64,000 bases of DNA from Veleropilina oligotropha. Taxonomy: Eukaryota. Made by a program: the position numbers and the translations under genes. Positions 50,963 through 63,041 of this stretch are shown one piece after another (position 1 is the stretch's first letter; each line of letters opens with the position of its first letter). Under the pieces are notes generated by a model, which made no database searches, was not told the origin of the DNA, and saw nothing but the letters and a program-made list of their open reading frames with translations. Where the stretch lies: contig JBEUKZ010000054.1 in NCBI GenBank assembly GCA_048128005.1, forward strand, positions 1,240,001 to 1,304,000, given 5' to 3'.

Positions 50963-52871
50963 TGTCATCACTTGGAACCAATAATAATATCTTCTCAGCG
51001 GAACAGGATTGTTTTCGGGTCTTGCTTGGTAATGAGTTTAAAATTACATACATTTTGCATATTGGATAGGGAGTTCTATCATCCATGGATTCTAGTAATT
51101 GTCTGAAAATTTGAACAGTCTTATTACCTTCGCCCACGTAGTGGTGGAAGAAGGTATTGCAATCGGGTCGGTTTGTCTACCTGTCTGTCTGTCTGTCCAC
51201 GAGCATATCTTGACAAACATTGCCCCGATCAACTCAGTTTTTGCACACGAGATAGAACCCAACGTACGCTCGTTCCTCCTCAAAGATGATCCGAATCGAA
51301 TAGCGGATTATGCAATTTCGTAATTTTTAAGACTTAAAATCTATTCTTCTGTCGGTAATCTGTATCAAAATACATCGCTGTCAAAAGTGACAAGTAAAGG
51401 TCATTGTGCTGACCTCGGGCTCACTCTGTGTTTGTTCTAACTGTGCATCAATGTTTTCCTATATGCAGTGATGCAGTGTGTCAAGTCTATTTAGTTACCC
51501 TCGCTGCTCATTTTACAAATAAACGTTAATATTAAATATAACAAGGTAGAAACAGGGACATATTATATCCATTGAACAAAGCCATTTAATCAGACTGTCT
51601 ACATGCATGGAGTGTTAATTTGCCAAGAATTCATTTACTATATATAGTGAGTCTACTCTAGTGAAAAGGAATCAAATGGAAATTTAAAGCGTTTATTTTC
51701 CATGAATTCTCAAGCTTTTCTTTCTAAACATTGTTGCTCGAATTGACGCTTCTAACTGATATCAGCTACATGTCATCACTGCAGACATTTGCATGGTTTG
51801 TTCGAACTGAAGGTAATTATGCTCAATATGTTTTTTATCAATTATTGCAGAGATTGCTAGCTTTCACCATTCCTTGCCACCGAGGCGAAGGTTTGCGATC
51901 TCGGATTGCCTTGTTGTATCTGGTTTAGCATCCGTTACGCCGCATCCGCCGAGAAATTCCTTTTTATCGCTTTAGACAGGCCATTTCTTAATGGAATGTT
52001 TTAAAATTTAGTATGTACGTTGGTTGGGGTGAGGACACAACACCTATATAGATTTCTGGTGTGGTCCGACATCCAAGATGGCTGCAAACTGTCCAGAGTA
52101 CTAGGTAACCCTGCCGGGGGATACATATGCTGACACAGGTGAACGAGGTTTCTAGTTATTTTTTAACAATCAGTATTTTTCATGACGAATTGTGACAGGC
52201 AATTATTTTTACAAAATTTCCAGAGTTTCTTGTAAACTTCATGCAGTTATCCTAGTTGACTATGAAACTGTAGAAATGCTTCTCTTGGCCATGTACTACA
52301 TAATGATAATAATTTGTAATATATAATATATTTGTGTGTGTATCTCTGGTATGAGTAATAAAGAACACCCTAGCTACTTTGTTATGAGAAGTGTATAGCT
52401 TTATCTTTCAGAACACACCCGACGGCTTCCTGCTTCCTTGTTTTGACTGGTGCATGCTTTCCTATCAGTTTCTTTGTAGTAAATATTTTCTGTAGGTACA
52501 TTGTGCTGCTGAGAGTCGAGTGTATTGATTGTACAGACTGTATGATATTTAACATATTTTACTTGTAAATCTTGTGTGCATCAAGGGTCTATATATTGTC
52601 ATTTTGTTTGTAATATTGTACCAGTATGCATATCTTGAGATAATGCCCCTGTTTCATGACCAGTTCAAGGTCCAAGTTAACAATTGAATGCTATTGATAG
52701 CATTGATTTGAATCTCGCTCGAGCTCTATTCATGATTGCCTGCAGTGATAGCTTCTTGTCAGTGGGTTGCAAGTTAACAGGATTTCGAAATTTAATTTGC
52801 TTCCCTCCGTATAAGGCTGCTTCGGCAGTACAGTGGTGTGGTTGTGGATTCATTTGCTACCCTCCGTATAA

Positions 52872-53085
52872 GGCTGCTTCGGCAGTACAGTGGTGTGGTT
52901 GTGGATTCCGAACTGGCGCGAACAGTAGTGGGTTCGAGTCATCACACATTTTTTCAAGTTATGAATCGCAGTTGTCAGTGACTGGTCGAAGAGGGCGGGC
53001 TTTCCTCCCGCGATAATACGGACATGTCCTGGTTTGAACCAAATGATGGTTGGAAATATACAGCACAATAAGCATCGATCCTTTC
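52872..53085 (+). mobile_element. Full-length tRNA-derived SINE with TSD and a duplicated head
   Basis: A-box-like CAGTACAGTGG and B-box GGTTCGAGTC, plus core and tail. CCCTCCGTATAA lies on both flanks (52860-52871, 53085-53096). A ~57-bp tandem duplication of flank plus head lies just upstream. Confidence 0.85.
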
Positions 53086-53533
53086 CCTCCGTATAATGTC
53101 CAAAAGGCAACCATTATAAATCATGTGCACAAATAACCTCTACCTCATCCACCACAAAATCTGGCATTTAGCAATATGGCTTTGTATCATCATTTATGTG
53201 CATTTCTCCCCTTTGACGGGTTTCCCCGTGCCATGATTGGTGTCTTCATTTGTCAGTGATGGGTGCTTACTCATTTCCGAGCCCTTCATTGTTTTCGTCT
53301 TCGTCTTGGCGTAGGTCATGTTGATCATCTGTGTTCCATTCCATCCCAATGCTTATATTTCTTTGTTGGTCTTTTGTTACTTATATTCTGAACATCCACC
53401 TAACCATTATCATCTAATAACCATTGGATGACCCTATAGGCTGCTAGATTAATTACACTAAGATTGCCCATCTGGATTTGAATAATATTATCTTGATAGA
53501 TCTTTGGTGTCGTGTTTGTGTGTACATGTTTGT

Positions 53534-53850
53534 CATGGATAGAGAGTTCATCATGGATCTATAAAGAGTTTGTCAAGGATAGAGAGTTTGTCCTGGATAG
53601 CGAGTTTGTCCTGGATAGAGAGTTGGTCCTGGATAGAGAGTTTGTCACGGATAGAGAGTTTGTCCTGGATAGAGAGTTTGTCCTGGATAGAGAGTTTGTC
53701 ACGGATAGAGAGTTTGTCGAGTTTGTCACGGATAGAGAGTTTGTCACGGATAGAGAGTTTGTCACGGATAGAGAGTTTGTCACTGATAGAGAGTTTGTCA
53801 CGGATAGAGAGTTGTCACGGATAGATAGTTTGTCATGGATAGTTTGTCAT
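53534..53850. repeat. Minisatellite, 18-bp unit GGATAGAGAGTTTGTCAC
   Basis: About 17 copies, directly visible. Confidence 0.95.
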
Positions 53851-53968
53851 GCTGGCAATATATTCTGAACTTTTACTTCCAGTTATAAATCAAAATTGTA
53901 CTTCAAACCAGGAGTTGTATCTATATGTGGACTTGCTCCATTGTTTGTTCCGAAACATGTCTCTATAT

Positions 53969-55975
53969 TTGTCCGCCGCCGATTATCGGGCGGACGGGGG
54001 ACATAGAATCCGCCTCCGTGCGTCCGTCCGTCCCCGATTTTCTCACATCTTTTTTTGCCATTTAGAGAAATGCGAGCTTTCCGACACTTTACAGATGAAC
54101 TAACCACATCATTGGGTAGATCAAGTTCGAATATTGGAAATTTATTTGAAAACTTGATTTTATGGCGACTTTTCGGCGAATTTGAACATATCCTCTGGAA
54201 GCATGGATATGGTCAATTTCTTGCATTGTTTTTTTCCATTTAGAGAAATACTAGCTTTCTGAAACTTTACAGATCATTGGGTATATCAAGTTCGAATATT
54301 GTGAACTTATTTTAAAAATTTATTGTTTTTTGGTGATTTTCAGCAATTTTGAACATAGTCTCTGAAAGCATGGCTGTGGTCTATTTCTCACATTTTTTTT
54401 TCATTTAGAGAAATGGTAGCTTTCTGAAACTGAGCTGAGGGAGGCACATACATGTCCTTCCGATTTTTCGCACCTCCCCCCCACCCCTCATGCTGCCCCT
54501 TCCGCCCCCCCAAAAAATTTATGAAGAAGTTACATGATTTATTTTTGCTATGCCTACACACTATAGCAGTTATTCTGAAAAGTTTAATTATGCCTTGAAA
54601 TATTGAGGATAGAAAGGAAGCAGATATAGTATGTAAGTATTATGTTTGTATGATGAAAGGGACATATGCTTATCTGTAAGACTTGCTCACTGCCGATAGG
54701 CACAGTAAGCTGTTAACCTTAATGGTCATTCTGAGAAGCTGGGATTATCAAAATCAGATGGATTTTGAAAACTGGCTTCCCCATTGGTTTATTCCATGGG
54801 TATCTTGAGATGGCAGTATTATTATAGAGTATATATTGCCATAACTAGAACAGACTGTGTCCAGTGTCTAATATCACCCTCCTCAACTGGTCAAGGTTCG
54901 AGTCATTATCGGTATACTATTTTGTCATAGATTGGTTGCTAAATATATTTAATCTCGAGCATATAATAATAAGATATTGTCTTTATTTCTGTTTCTCTGA
55001 AACTAAGTTTTACAATAACTATATTAGGATCAGCACTTCATAGGTAGTACTTCTGAATTCTTACTTTACAAACTGAAAATGTGGCCCTTTTCAAAGTAAA
55101 CGGGGATGGGTGAGACGTATAATTTCACGGAATTTCTTTTTTTGGTGACTTCAGCACTTCTGAACATAGTCTCTGGAAGCTTGTGATCTATTTTCTCACA
55201 GTTATTTAATATTGAGAATTTCTCGCTTTCTCAAACATTACCGATCAATTAATCACATCAAAGTTATGAATCACAGTTGTCCGTAACTGGCCCAAGAGGT
55301 TGGGTTTCACCGGGCGACCGGGCTTTCCTCCCGCAATAATACGGACATGTCCTGGTTTGAACCTAAATAGGTTGGAAATATACAGGACAAAAAGCATTGA
55401 TCCTTTTCTTTTTCCTTTTCGAATATGGGGAATGTTTTTTAAATTTATGGATTTTTTTGCGATTTTGTACATTACAAGTCTCTGCAAGCATGGATGTGGT
55501 CAATTTTGTCACATGCACTTATTTCATTTTCAGAGATGCTAGCTTTCTGAAACTTTACAGATCAATTAACCCCATCATGGGGTAGATCGGGTTCAAATAT
55601 TGGTGATTTTTTGAAACCTTGATTTATTGCTGACTTTTGCTGATATAAAACTTAGTCTTTGGATGTATGAAATTGATCACTTTTCTCTCAATTAAATTTT
55701 CCATTTAGAGAAATGTTACCTTTCTGAAACTTCACAGATGAACTAACCACATAATGGGATGGATAAAGTTCGAATAATAAAAATTATTTAATTTATGTAC
55801 TTGAAGTATATTTACACTTAGTCTCTGGGTGCATATCTATCTCTTTAGCCTCTGATGGCAGGAAGTCTTTCTTAATTCTCATTGAGTTACTGATACACAG
55901 CGTGCAAAATATATATGCGGTCAATAATACGGGCAGTGGACAATCGCCACTTAGTGGCAAGCACCTGTTATTGTT
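53969..55975 (+). mobile_element. ~2-kb HINE-like composite element, copy B
   Basis: Same order of blocks as 45601-47595, including the SINE fragment (55260-55420). GTCC microsatellite after the head. Confidence 0.85.
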
Positions 55976-56023
55976 AATTTGCCTTTACTTTACCGTTAAT
56001 TAAATATTAATATATATTTCCAG

Positions 56024-56109
56024 TACAAAACCAGAGGGGAAATCTGAGGTGAACGGCAACATCACTGAAACCAAGCAAGAAACAATGATGACGGCTGTCA
56101 GACCAAATG
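56024..56109 (+). CDS. ACSBG: ACSBG coding exon 2
   Basis: TTTCCAG acceptor and G|GTAAAG donor; 86 nt, phase 2 in and phase 1 out; TKPEGKSEVNGNITETKQETMMTAVRPN; bridges the flanking exons in frame. Confidence 0.7.
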
Positions 56110-56218
56110 GTAAAGCATGAAACAAAACTCACTTTGTTAGTCATATACCATGCGCATGATCAATATATTACCAAGATGTATCAGTGTTATCCCCGTGCAC
56201 TTATAAGGTGGTGGATCC

Positions 56219-56712
56219 GCCGCCCTATGACCCCTCCCTGCCACCCTATGACCCTCCCTGCCGCCCTATGACCCTCCCCGCCACCCTGTGACCGCTCCCC
56301 GCCGCCCTATGACCGCTCCCTGCCGCCCTATGACCCATCCCTGCCGCCCTATGACCCCTCCCCACCACCCTATGACTCCTCCCTGCCACCCTATGACCCT
56401 CCCTGCCACCCTATGACCCCTCCCCGCCACCCTATGACCCCTCCCCACCACCCTATGACCCATCCCCACCACCCTATGACCCATCCTCGCCACCCATGAC
56501 ACCTCCCCGCCACCCTATGACCCCTCCCCACCACCCTATGACCCCTCCCCGCCACCCTACGACCCCTCCCCGCCATCCTACGACCCCTCCCCGCCACCCT
56601 ACGACCCCTCCCTGCCACCCTACGACCCCTCCCCGCTGCCCTATGACCCTCCCCACCACCCTATGACGCCACCCTATGACCCCTCCCCACCACCTTATGA
56701 CCCCTCCCCACA
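56219..56712. repeat. C-rich minisatellite, ~21-bp unit CCCTATGACCCCTCCCCGCCA
   Basis: More than 20 diverged copies. The minus strand has regular G-runs. Confidence 0.95.
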
Positions 56713-56739
56713 CCTTTCCATACCTTTCAAAAATATATA

Positions 56740-57750
56740 CAGGCATCGAAATTAGGTATTAAATGTCGGTCATGACCAGCAACAATACGTGTTTGACCGA
56801 CAAAATATATTTGCTATCTGTCATTGTGACCGACGGCAAATGAATACATCGCCAGGCGCACATGTCTGTAATAGGATTATTTCATTCAAAATCGCCACTG
56901 TTATCAAATTAATACATATGTTATATTAATATTATATAATATCTGTAATGTAAAATTGTTTACTTACTTTGGAACTTGTTCCAAAGTAAGTAAGCAATTT
57001 TACATTATGTCATCACTTGGAACCAATAACAACATATTCTCAACTATATAATATCTAGTTGTGTGTGCGTTTAAACTTATGCTGTACCATACTTGATAAA
57101 TCACCAAAGTTAAATCTCTTGATCGAATGAACAATTGCAAATTTCACAGGTGTGTAAATCTCGCAACGTTTAGTTCATCGATCGCTGCTTTGCTTACGGA
57201 AAGCACCGACTTGAATGCGGGAGAAATAATTTACGAGTTTGACCACTTCACTGTTTATGAACAGTTCGTATATATATATATTGTAAATGTAATCTTTAAT
57301 TTGACAATATTATTTAGGGAACTAGTTTAAACGTGTAATTTGTGAAATTGAGTAATTGCGCTTACTTTCATACAACTATTTGACGTCCAAAATATTAATG
57401 TGAACTCCCCGAGAAACGTCTTTTCAAAATGGCAGGTCTTAATAATGGCGTTCGGTTTTACGAGCAAAGACAAAGTGACCGGCACCCCTGACCCTAGCAA
57501 GGAACAAGACTGGCGAGTAATAACAGTAATAAACGTAAAAACTATTTTGTTCAGTAGTTTTATTTTTACTTATAAAGTACACGACAATTATATAAAGTAA
57601 ATTAGCTTCAAAATACGAAATTTAATAATATTGGACCGATAAAAGATATTTTGACAACATTTGGACCGGCAGCATTTTCACATTGACCGGCAGTTTGTTT
57701 CACTAGCCTGTCCATGGACCGGCAGTGTCAAATTTGAATTTCAACCCCTG
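56740..57750. mobile_element. hAT-like MITE containing a short palindrome
   Basis: Imperfect TIRs CAGGCATCGAAATT / AATTTCAACCCCTG in TA-rich flanks, with subterminal GACCG motifs. Confidence 0.5.
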
Positions 57751-58043
57751 ATATATATTTATATATTTTTAAAAATATGATCACCATTCCAGATGTACAC
57801 CCCATAGAAGCCATAATAATTAGTATATATATACATCATATACATGCATAAATACATACATACAAACACAAGCGACCCCTCTGCGACTTAATTCCCCCAC
57901 CTTTTAGTTTCAATCTGGGAGAACCATGTACAGTATAGTTAAACAGGTACATTTTTATAGAGAAATGACATATGCCAATGGTTGAGCATCTTGTACACTT
58001 GCATGATGCGACGTTTCTTGTTCATTGCATGATTATTTACATT

Positions 58044-58790
58044 CTTGATGCGGGCGTACTCTGTGAGTATAAGCTTGATGCGGGCATACTCTGCGAGTAG
58101 AAGCTTGATGCAGGCATACTCTGTGAGTATAAGCTTGATGCGGGCATGCTCTGTGGGTATAAGCTTGATGCAGGCATACTCTGTGAGTATAAGCTTGATG
58201 TGGGCATACTCTGTGAGTACAATCTTGATGCGGGCGTACTCTGCGAGTACAATCTTGATGCGGGCATACTCTGCGAGTACAATCTTGATGCGGGCATACT
58301 CTGTGAGTATAAGCTTGATGCGGGCGTACTCTGTGAGTATAAGCTTGATGAGGGCATACTCTGTGAGTATAAGCTTGATGTGGGCATACCCTGCGAGTAT
58401 AGGCTTGATGCGGGCATACTCTGCGAGTACAGGCTTGATGCGGGCATACTCTGTGAGTACAATCTTGATGCGGGCATACTCTGCGAGTACAATCTTGATG
58501 CGGGCATACTCTGCGAGTACAATCTTGATGCGGGCATACTCTGTGAGTATAAGCTTGATGTGGGCGTACTCTGTGAGTATAAGGTTGATGCGGGTGTACT
58601 CTGTGAGTATAAGCATGATGCAGGCATACTCTGCGAGTATAAGCTTGATGCAGGCTTGCTCTGTGATTATAAGCTTGATGCGGGCGTACTCTGTGAGTAT
58701 AAGCTTGATGCGGGCATACTCTGTGAGTATAAGCTTGATGCGGGCGTACTCTGTGAGTATAAGCTTGATGCGGGCGTACTCTGCGAGTGT
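58044..58790. repeat. Minisatellite, 30-bp unit TTGATGCGGGCATACTCTGTGAGTATAAGC, about 25 copies
   Basis: Exact 30-bp phasing, with two units per printed line. It lies in an ACSBG intron. Confidence 0.98.
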
Positions 58791-59432
58791 AAGGGTAAAC
58801 TGATTGATTGGATTCATTGCTCATCCTTTTAACGGAGAAATTAAACTTTAATATTTGAATATATACGTGACTGACACAATACTCAAGTTGGCCGCAACAG
58901 TGGTCATCCAATCCCTTGGATGTTCATTTTGAGTTGGTGGCCATTCATTCCATTTTGACATATATGCATGCTGCTGTTTTGACAAGTAGTCGTTAAGTTT
59001 ACAAAGTGCTCTGACTTGCTCTATAGATTCTCTTAGACCATTAGGCACACAGCGTAGAAGATGCATTCAGTTCTAGTGTATCCAATCTTCGGCTATGCAC
59101 TTTCTTTCGGTTACCAGTCTCAGTTGTTAATATCTGGCCCCTGCCGGTGGTTTTCTCAGTTGTTGATATCTGGCCCGTGCGGGAGGGTTTCTCAGTTGTT
59201 GAAATCTGGCCCGTGCGGGCGGGTTTCCCCGGGCGACCAGGATGATATCTGGCCCGTGCCTGACGGTTTCCCCGGGCGACCAGGATTTCATCCCATGATA
59301 ATCCCATATGATCCTGCAAGTGTAAAATTGGGACATTAAGCATCGACCCAAACCAAATCTCTCGTGTAAAATCTTTCCTCATACATCGGGTTCCATTGAT
59401 CAAAACTAACTTCTGGTCTTGATTTCTTTCAG

Positions 59433-59594
59433 ATCCAACAAAACTGGTCGATGCCAGGGACTTCGTATGCACAAATCGAGATGGAGCCGTGAAGCTTCGT
59501 CTCGGCGACACGGAGTACGAGGGTCGCACCCCAGAAACCATCCACACCATGATGATGACCACCGTGAGGAAGGTCCCCAACCATCTCGCACTGG
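59433..59594 (+). CDS. ACSBG: ACSBG coding exon 3
   Basis: TTTCTTTCAG acceptor and G|GTACGT donor; PTKLVDARDFVCTNRDGAVKLRLGDTEYEGRTPETIHTMMMTTVRKVPNHLAL resembles the ACSBG N-terminal DGxVxLR...P.T.H segment. Confidence 0.88.
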
Positions 59595-60320
59595 GTACGT
59601 ATATCAGACACGCACAATCTCGCACTGGGTACATATGACCACCGTGAGGAAGGTCCCCAACCATCTCGCACTGGGTACGTATATCAGACTCGCACTGGGT
59701 GCGTATGACCACCGTGAGGAAGGTTCCCAACCATCTTGTATTGGGTACGTATGATCGGACACGCACAATGTCGCACTGGGTACATATCACCACCGTGAGG
59801 AAGGTCCCCAACCATCTCGCACTGGTACGTATGATCGGACTCGCACTGGGTACGTATGATCAACGTGAGGAAGGTTCCCAACCATCTTGTATTGGGTACG
59901 TATGATCGGACACGCACAATGTCGCACTGGGTACATATGATCACCATGAGGAAGGTCCCCAACCATCTCGCACTGAATACATATGAACGGACTCGCACTG
60001 GGTATGTATGATCGGACCCGCACTGGGTACGTATGATCGAACATGCACAATCTTGCACTAGGTACGTATGACCACCATGAGGAAGGTCCCCAACCATCTT
60101 GTACTGGGTACGTATGATCGGACGTGCACTGGGTGCATATGACCACCGTGAGGAAGGTCCCCAACCATCTCGCACTGGGTACGTATGATCGGACATGCAC
60201 AATCTCGCACAGGGTATGTATGACCACCGTGAAGAAGGTTCCCAACCATCTTGCACTGGGTACGCATGATCGGACATGCTCAATCTCACATTGGATATGT
60301 ATGATCGGACACGTACAAAA
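59595..60320 (+). repeat. Composite 70-80-bp tandem repeat made from the exon 3 end plus splice donor
   Basis: Eight further copies of ATGACCACCGTGAGGAAGGTCCCCAACCATCTCGCACTGGGTACG. Confidence 0.95.
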
Positions 60321-60723
60321 TGCCTTATGATCAAAAGTGTTATTTTTCTTATTTTAGATTTCAGAATATGTCGTTAAAACGTTAACAGGTGATCTGTTGA
60401 ATTGCATTATCGTATAATCATTATGGCAGTCTGGTACCACATTGTTCTTGTGATCAGAATTAATCACATCATGAATAGTACTTACCTGATAATGAAAAAT
60501 TGGAATTCCGATAATTAACCATTTACTTGCCAGTAAATATAATTTTGAAATATGTCATATTAAACAGTAACACTTGAATGAAAAGTCAACTCATTTTCCG
60601 AAACCTATATACATCTATCGATGTGGATAAATACGTAAAGAATACAATGTTTAATTTACAACATCACAAGAGAACTTCAATGTTCAAGAGTGCACAGCGC
60701 TAATAACCTGTTTATCTATTTAG

Positions 60724-60809
60724 CTGAAAAACGAGATGGCGCGTGGGTGAAATGGACGTACCAAGAATACTACGACATGTCCCGCAAAGTTGCAAAATCT
60801 CTACTAAAG
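60724..60809 (+). CDS. ACSBG: ACSBG coding exon 4 (followed by a GC donor)
   Basis: TATTTAG acceptor; EKRDGAWVKWTYQEYYDMSRKVAKSLLK; donor AAG|GCAAGT. Confidence 0.93.
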
Positions 60810-61019
60810 GCAAGTAGCATATGTCAGTCTGTTTGTTGGTGGTAGGAACTACATGTTAATCATGTTTATAACGTTAACACCACCTGTTGCTTGGCGTGCA
60901 TTAACATCATATCCTTGAACAATAGTTTTTATCGGATTTGCTTGAAGTTGGTTCATAATGCACATAAGTTATGACGAGGTCACAGCCTAACAAAAGTTAT
61001 GACCATTGAAATATGAACA

Positions 61020-61430
61020 ATTATCTTGCTTTCGCCGCGAATCCTCTCTTCTGATTGGCTGACATTGTTTTATTAACTGACGATAAACCCCACCCTGGCG
61101 TGGTATACGAAAGCTTAAACCACGGCTGACCTCATACTTTGTGACGTCGCCTGTCAATCAAATTGTTCCCATGTAAAAAACCTTGAGTAAGCGTTACTGA
61201 TGTCGTCTGCCATTTTGAATGCCTATACATCACGGTTATGATTATACACAGCAGCAGTGTTACGAGCCAAGGTAGGAGCTTGTTCTTTCAGGTTAGGATA
61301 ATAAAGCAAGATCAATACATTGTCGAGCAACGTCTTGGTACACACGGTGCATTGAATACCCTATAAAGTCATACGGTATTCAATGCACAGTGTTTACGGC
61401 GACGTCACTCGACAACTCATATTGACTATT
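61020..61430 (+). mobile_element. Dispersed repeat, copy 2 (related to 1440-2055)
   Basis: Shares blocks with the reverse complement of 1590-2055. Confidence 0.55.
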
Positions 61431-61712
61431 TTGTGCCATAAGTCTGTTGTCGTGCATTATTTGCGAAAGTTTAATTTGCAAGGGCCCATGAATTATTTTG
61501 ATCATTTTCGGATTCAGGATAGCAACGCGAGAGGGAACCCGGGGTACACGCCTCGAGCATGTCGGGTGTCCTTGACATTGATGATTGTTTGCTCTCTGTG
61601 GCATCATGTCCTTGACCTTGATATTTGCTCTCTCTGTTGTTCATGTCCTTGAACTTGATATTTGCTAGCTTTCTGTAGTATTTGACCTTGATGTTTCGGT
61701 TCTCTCTTCCAG

Positions 61713-61801
61713 CTGGGAGTGGAGCAGTACCATGGCGTGGGCATTTTGGGATTTAACTCCCCCGAGTGGATGTTTACTTGTCTTGGTTCAGTATTTGCTG
61801 G
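61713..61801 (+). CDS. ACSBG: ACSBG coding exon 5
   Basis: TCTCTCTTCCAG acceptor and GG|GTAAGT donor; LGVEQYHGVGILGFNSPEWMFTCLGSVFAG contains the hallmark ACSBG motif HGVGILGFNSPEW. Confidence 0.97.
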
Positions 61802-62719
61802 GTAAGTGTTCACCATGCTAATGTGTTCACAAAACTATATTGGTATCAAATCTGTAATTGCTAGTGTGTCTTTTGGCAAATGTCTGAATTGTGATTGTTG
61901 ATTGCAAAAGATTATTTAATAATATTTAATTCCCTTTTCAAGCCATTAAATATGTAAATCTGAATTTCTAGGTGATATATTATCTTTTATGGATCCCAAA
62001 CCATTGCAAAAAATGTAAACTAATTTAAAATATATAGTATAATTATGATAAACTCCGACACTTTATTAGTGTTAGAAATTAATTCTTGTGCAATAACTGT
62101 CAATATGGTTAGGAAAATCGTGAATCTAGACAATAGATGTCATAACGTTAACATTGGTTAATCAAGTATAATTCATACAACGCTTACATGTTGTTATGCA
62201 TATAATCTCAGCACAATTGTGAAGTACTTAAGTAAAATTAATAGAAACTTAAAAATTCCATATCCTGGCATAAAATGTGCATTCGTTATTCATAATAAGT
62301 GGTTTGCGCAGTTTCTGATGATATAGCATGTCTAATATGTGTGTATAACAATATTTTGCGTAAAACACGAAAATGTCACTAAACTTCGCCTTGTCTGCTA
62401 ATGCGGCGAGAAAAATCTGGATTGCATTTCGTCGCGGAAGTTGACGTCACGTGTGGATAGATCTGGGGCGAGTATCTGGTGGCATTACTAGCGAGTACTG
62501 ATAATTGGAGAGTGAAATGGACGCGACGGAATCGCGTAGTTCATAGACCGATAGTGATGGACATTTTGAACTAAATAATTTATTTGGTGACCAGTTATAT
62601 TTTGGAGACAGCGAAGACGACGATAAATCAAATTTTCATACGGCACTGTTTGTTCTCTGTCGTTTCGGACAACATGCACCCACGCTTCGATCGGGTGCCG
62701 TGGAAAGTGGCGCTGTTGT

Positions 62720-63041
62720 CTAATGTCTGCTAGGCGAACTCTGTACCGCGTTTCCTATTGTTGAGTTCGTATTCTTTAAAGGTACTGCCGTTTTCTTAAC
62801 ATATAGCTGTCTTTTGAAGCCCACCTTCCACTGCATATTATAACCCCCAAAGTCATCAGGCACTACGAAATGTTCTCCACATACAAGTTAACGGTGGCAA
62901 CGCTATGCGACTTCTCTGATCTTGTGTTTCGAATGTATCGTTCCCATTTATGTTGACGATTCCGATTAATAGGAAATAAGTGCATCTAATGTCCCATTAA
63001 GTACTGTTGTTGCAGTTTCCAACTACGCATCTTTTTACCAT
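62720..63041 (-). pseudogene. Disrupted THAP zinc-finger domain, probably a DNA-transposon remnant
   Basis: Minus strand reads MVKRCVVGNCNNST*...MHLFPINRNRQHKWERYIRNTR...LVCGEHFVVPDDF...KKTAVP. The C2CH residues plus P, W, F and AVP of THAP are present, with a stop and frameshifts. Confidence 0.8.

Noticed and set aside
57939..58911. Long ORFs (196-292 aa) in five frames
   Set aside because: They are a by-product of a 30-bp stop-poor minisatellite inside an intron, with no domain similarity.
59041..60334. Minus-strand ORFs of 152-256 aa
   Set aside because: They are antisense readings of exon 3 and its junction-derived repeat.
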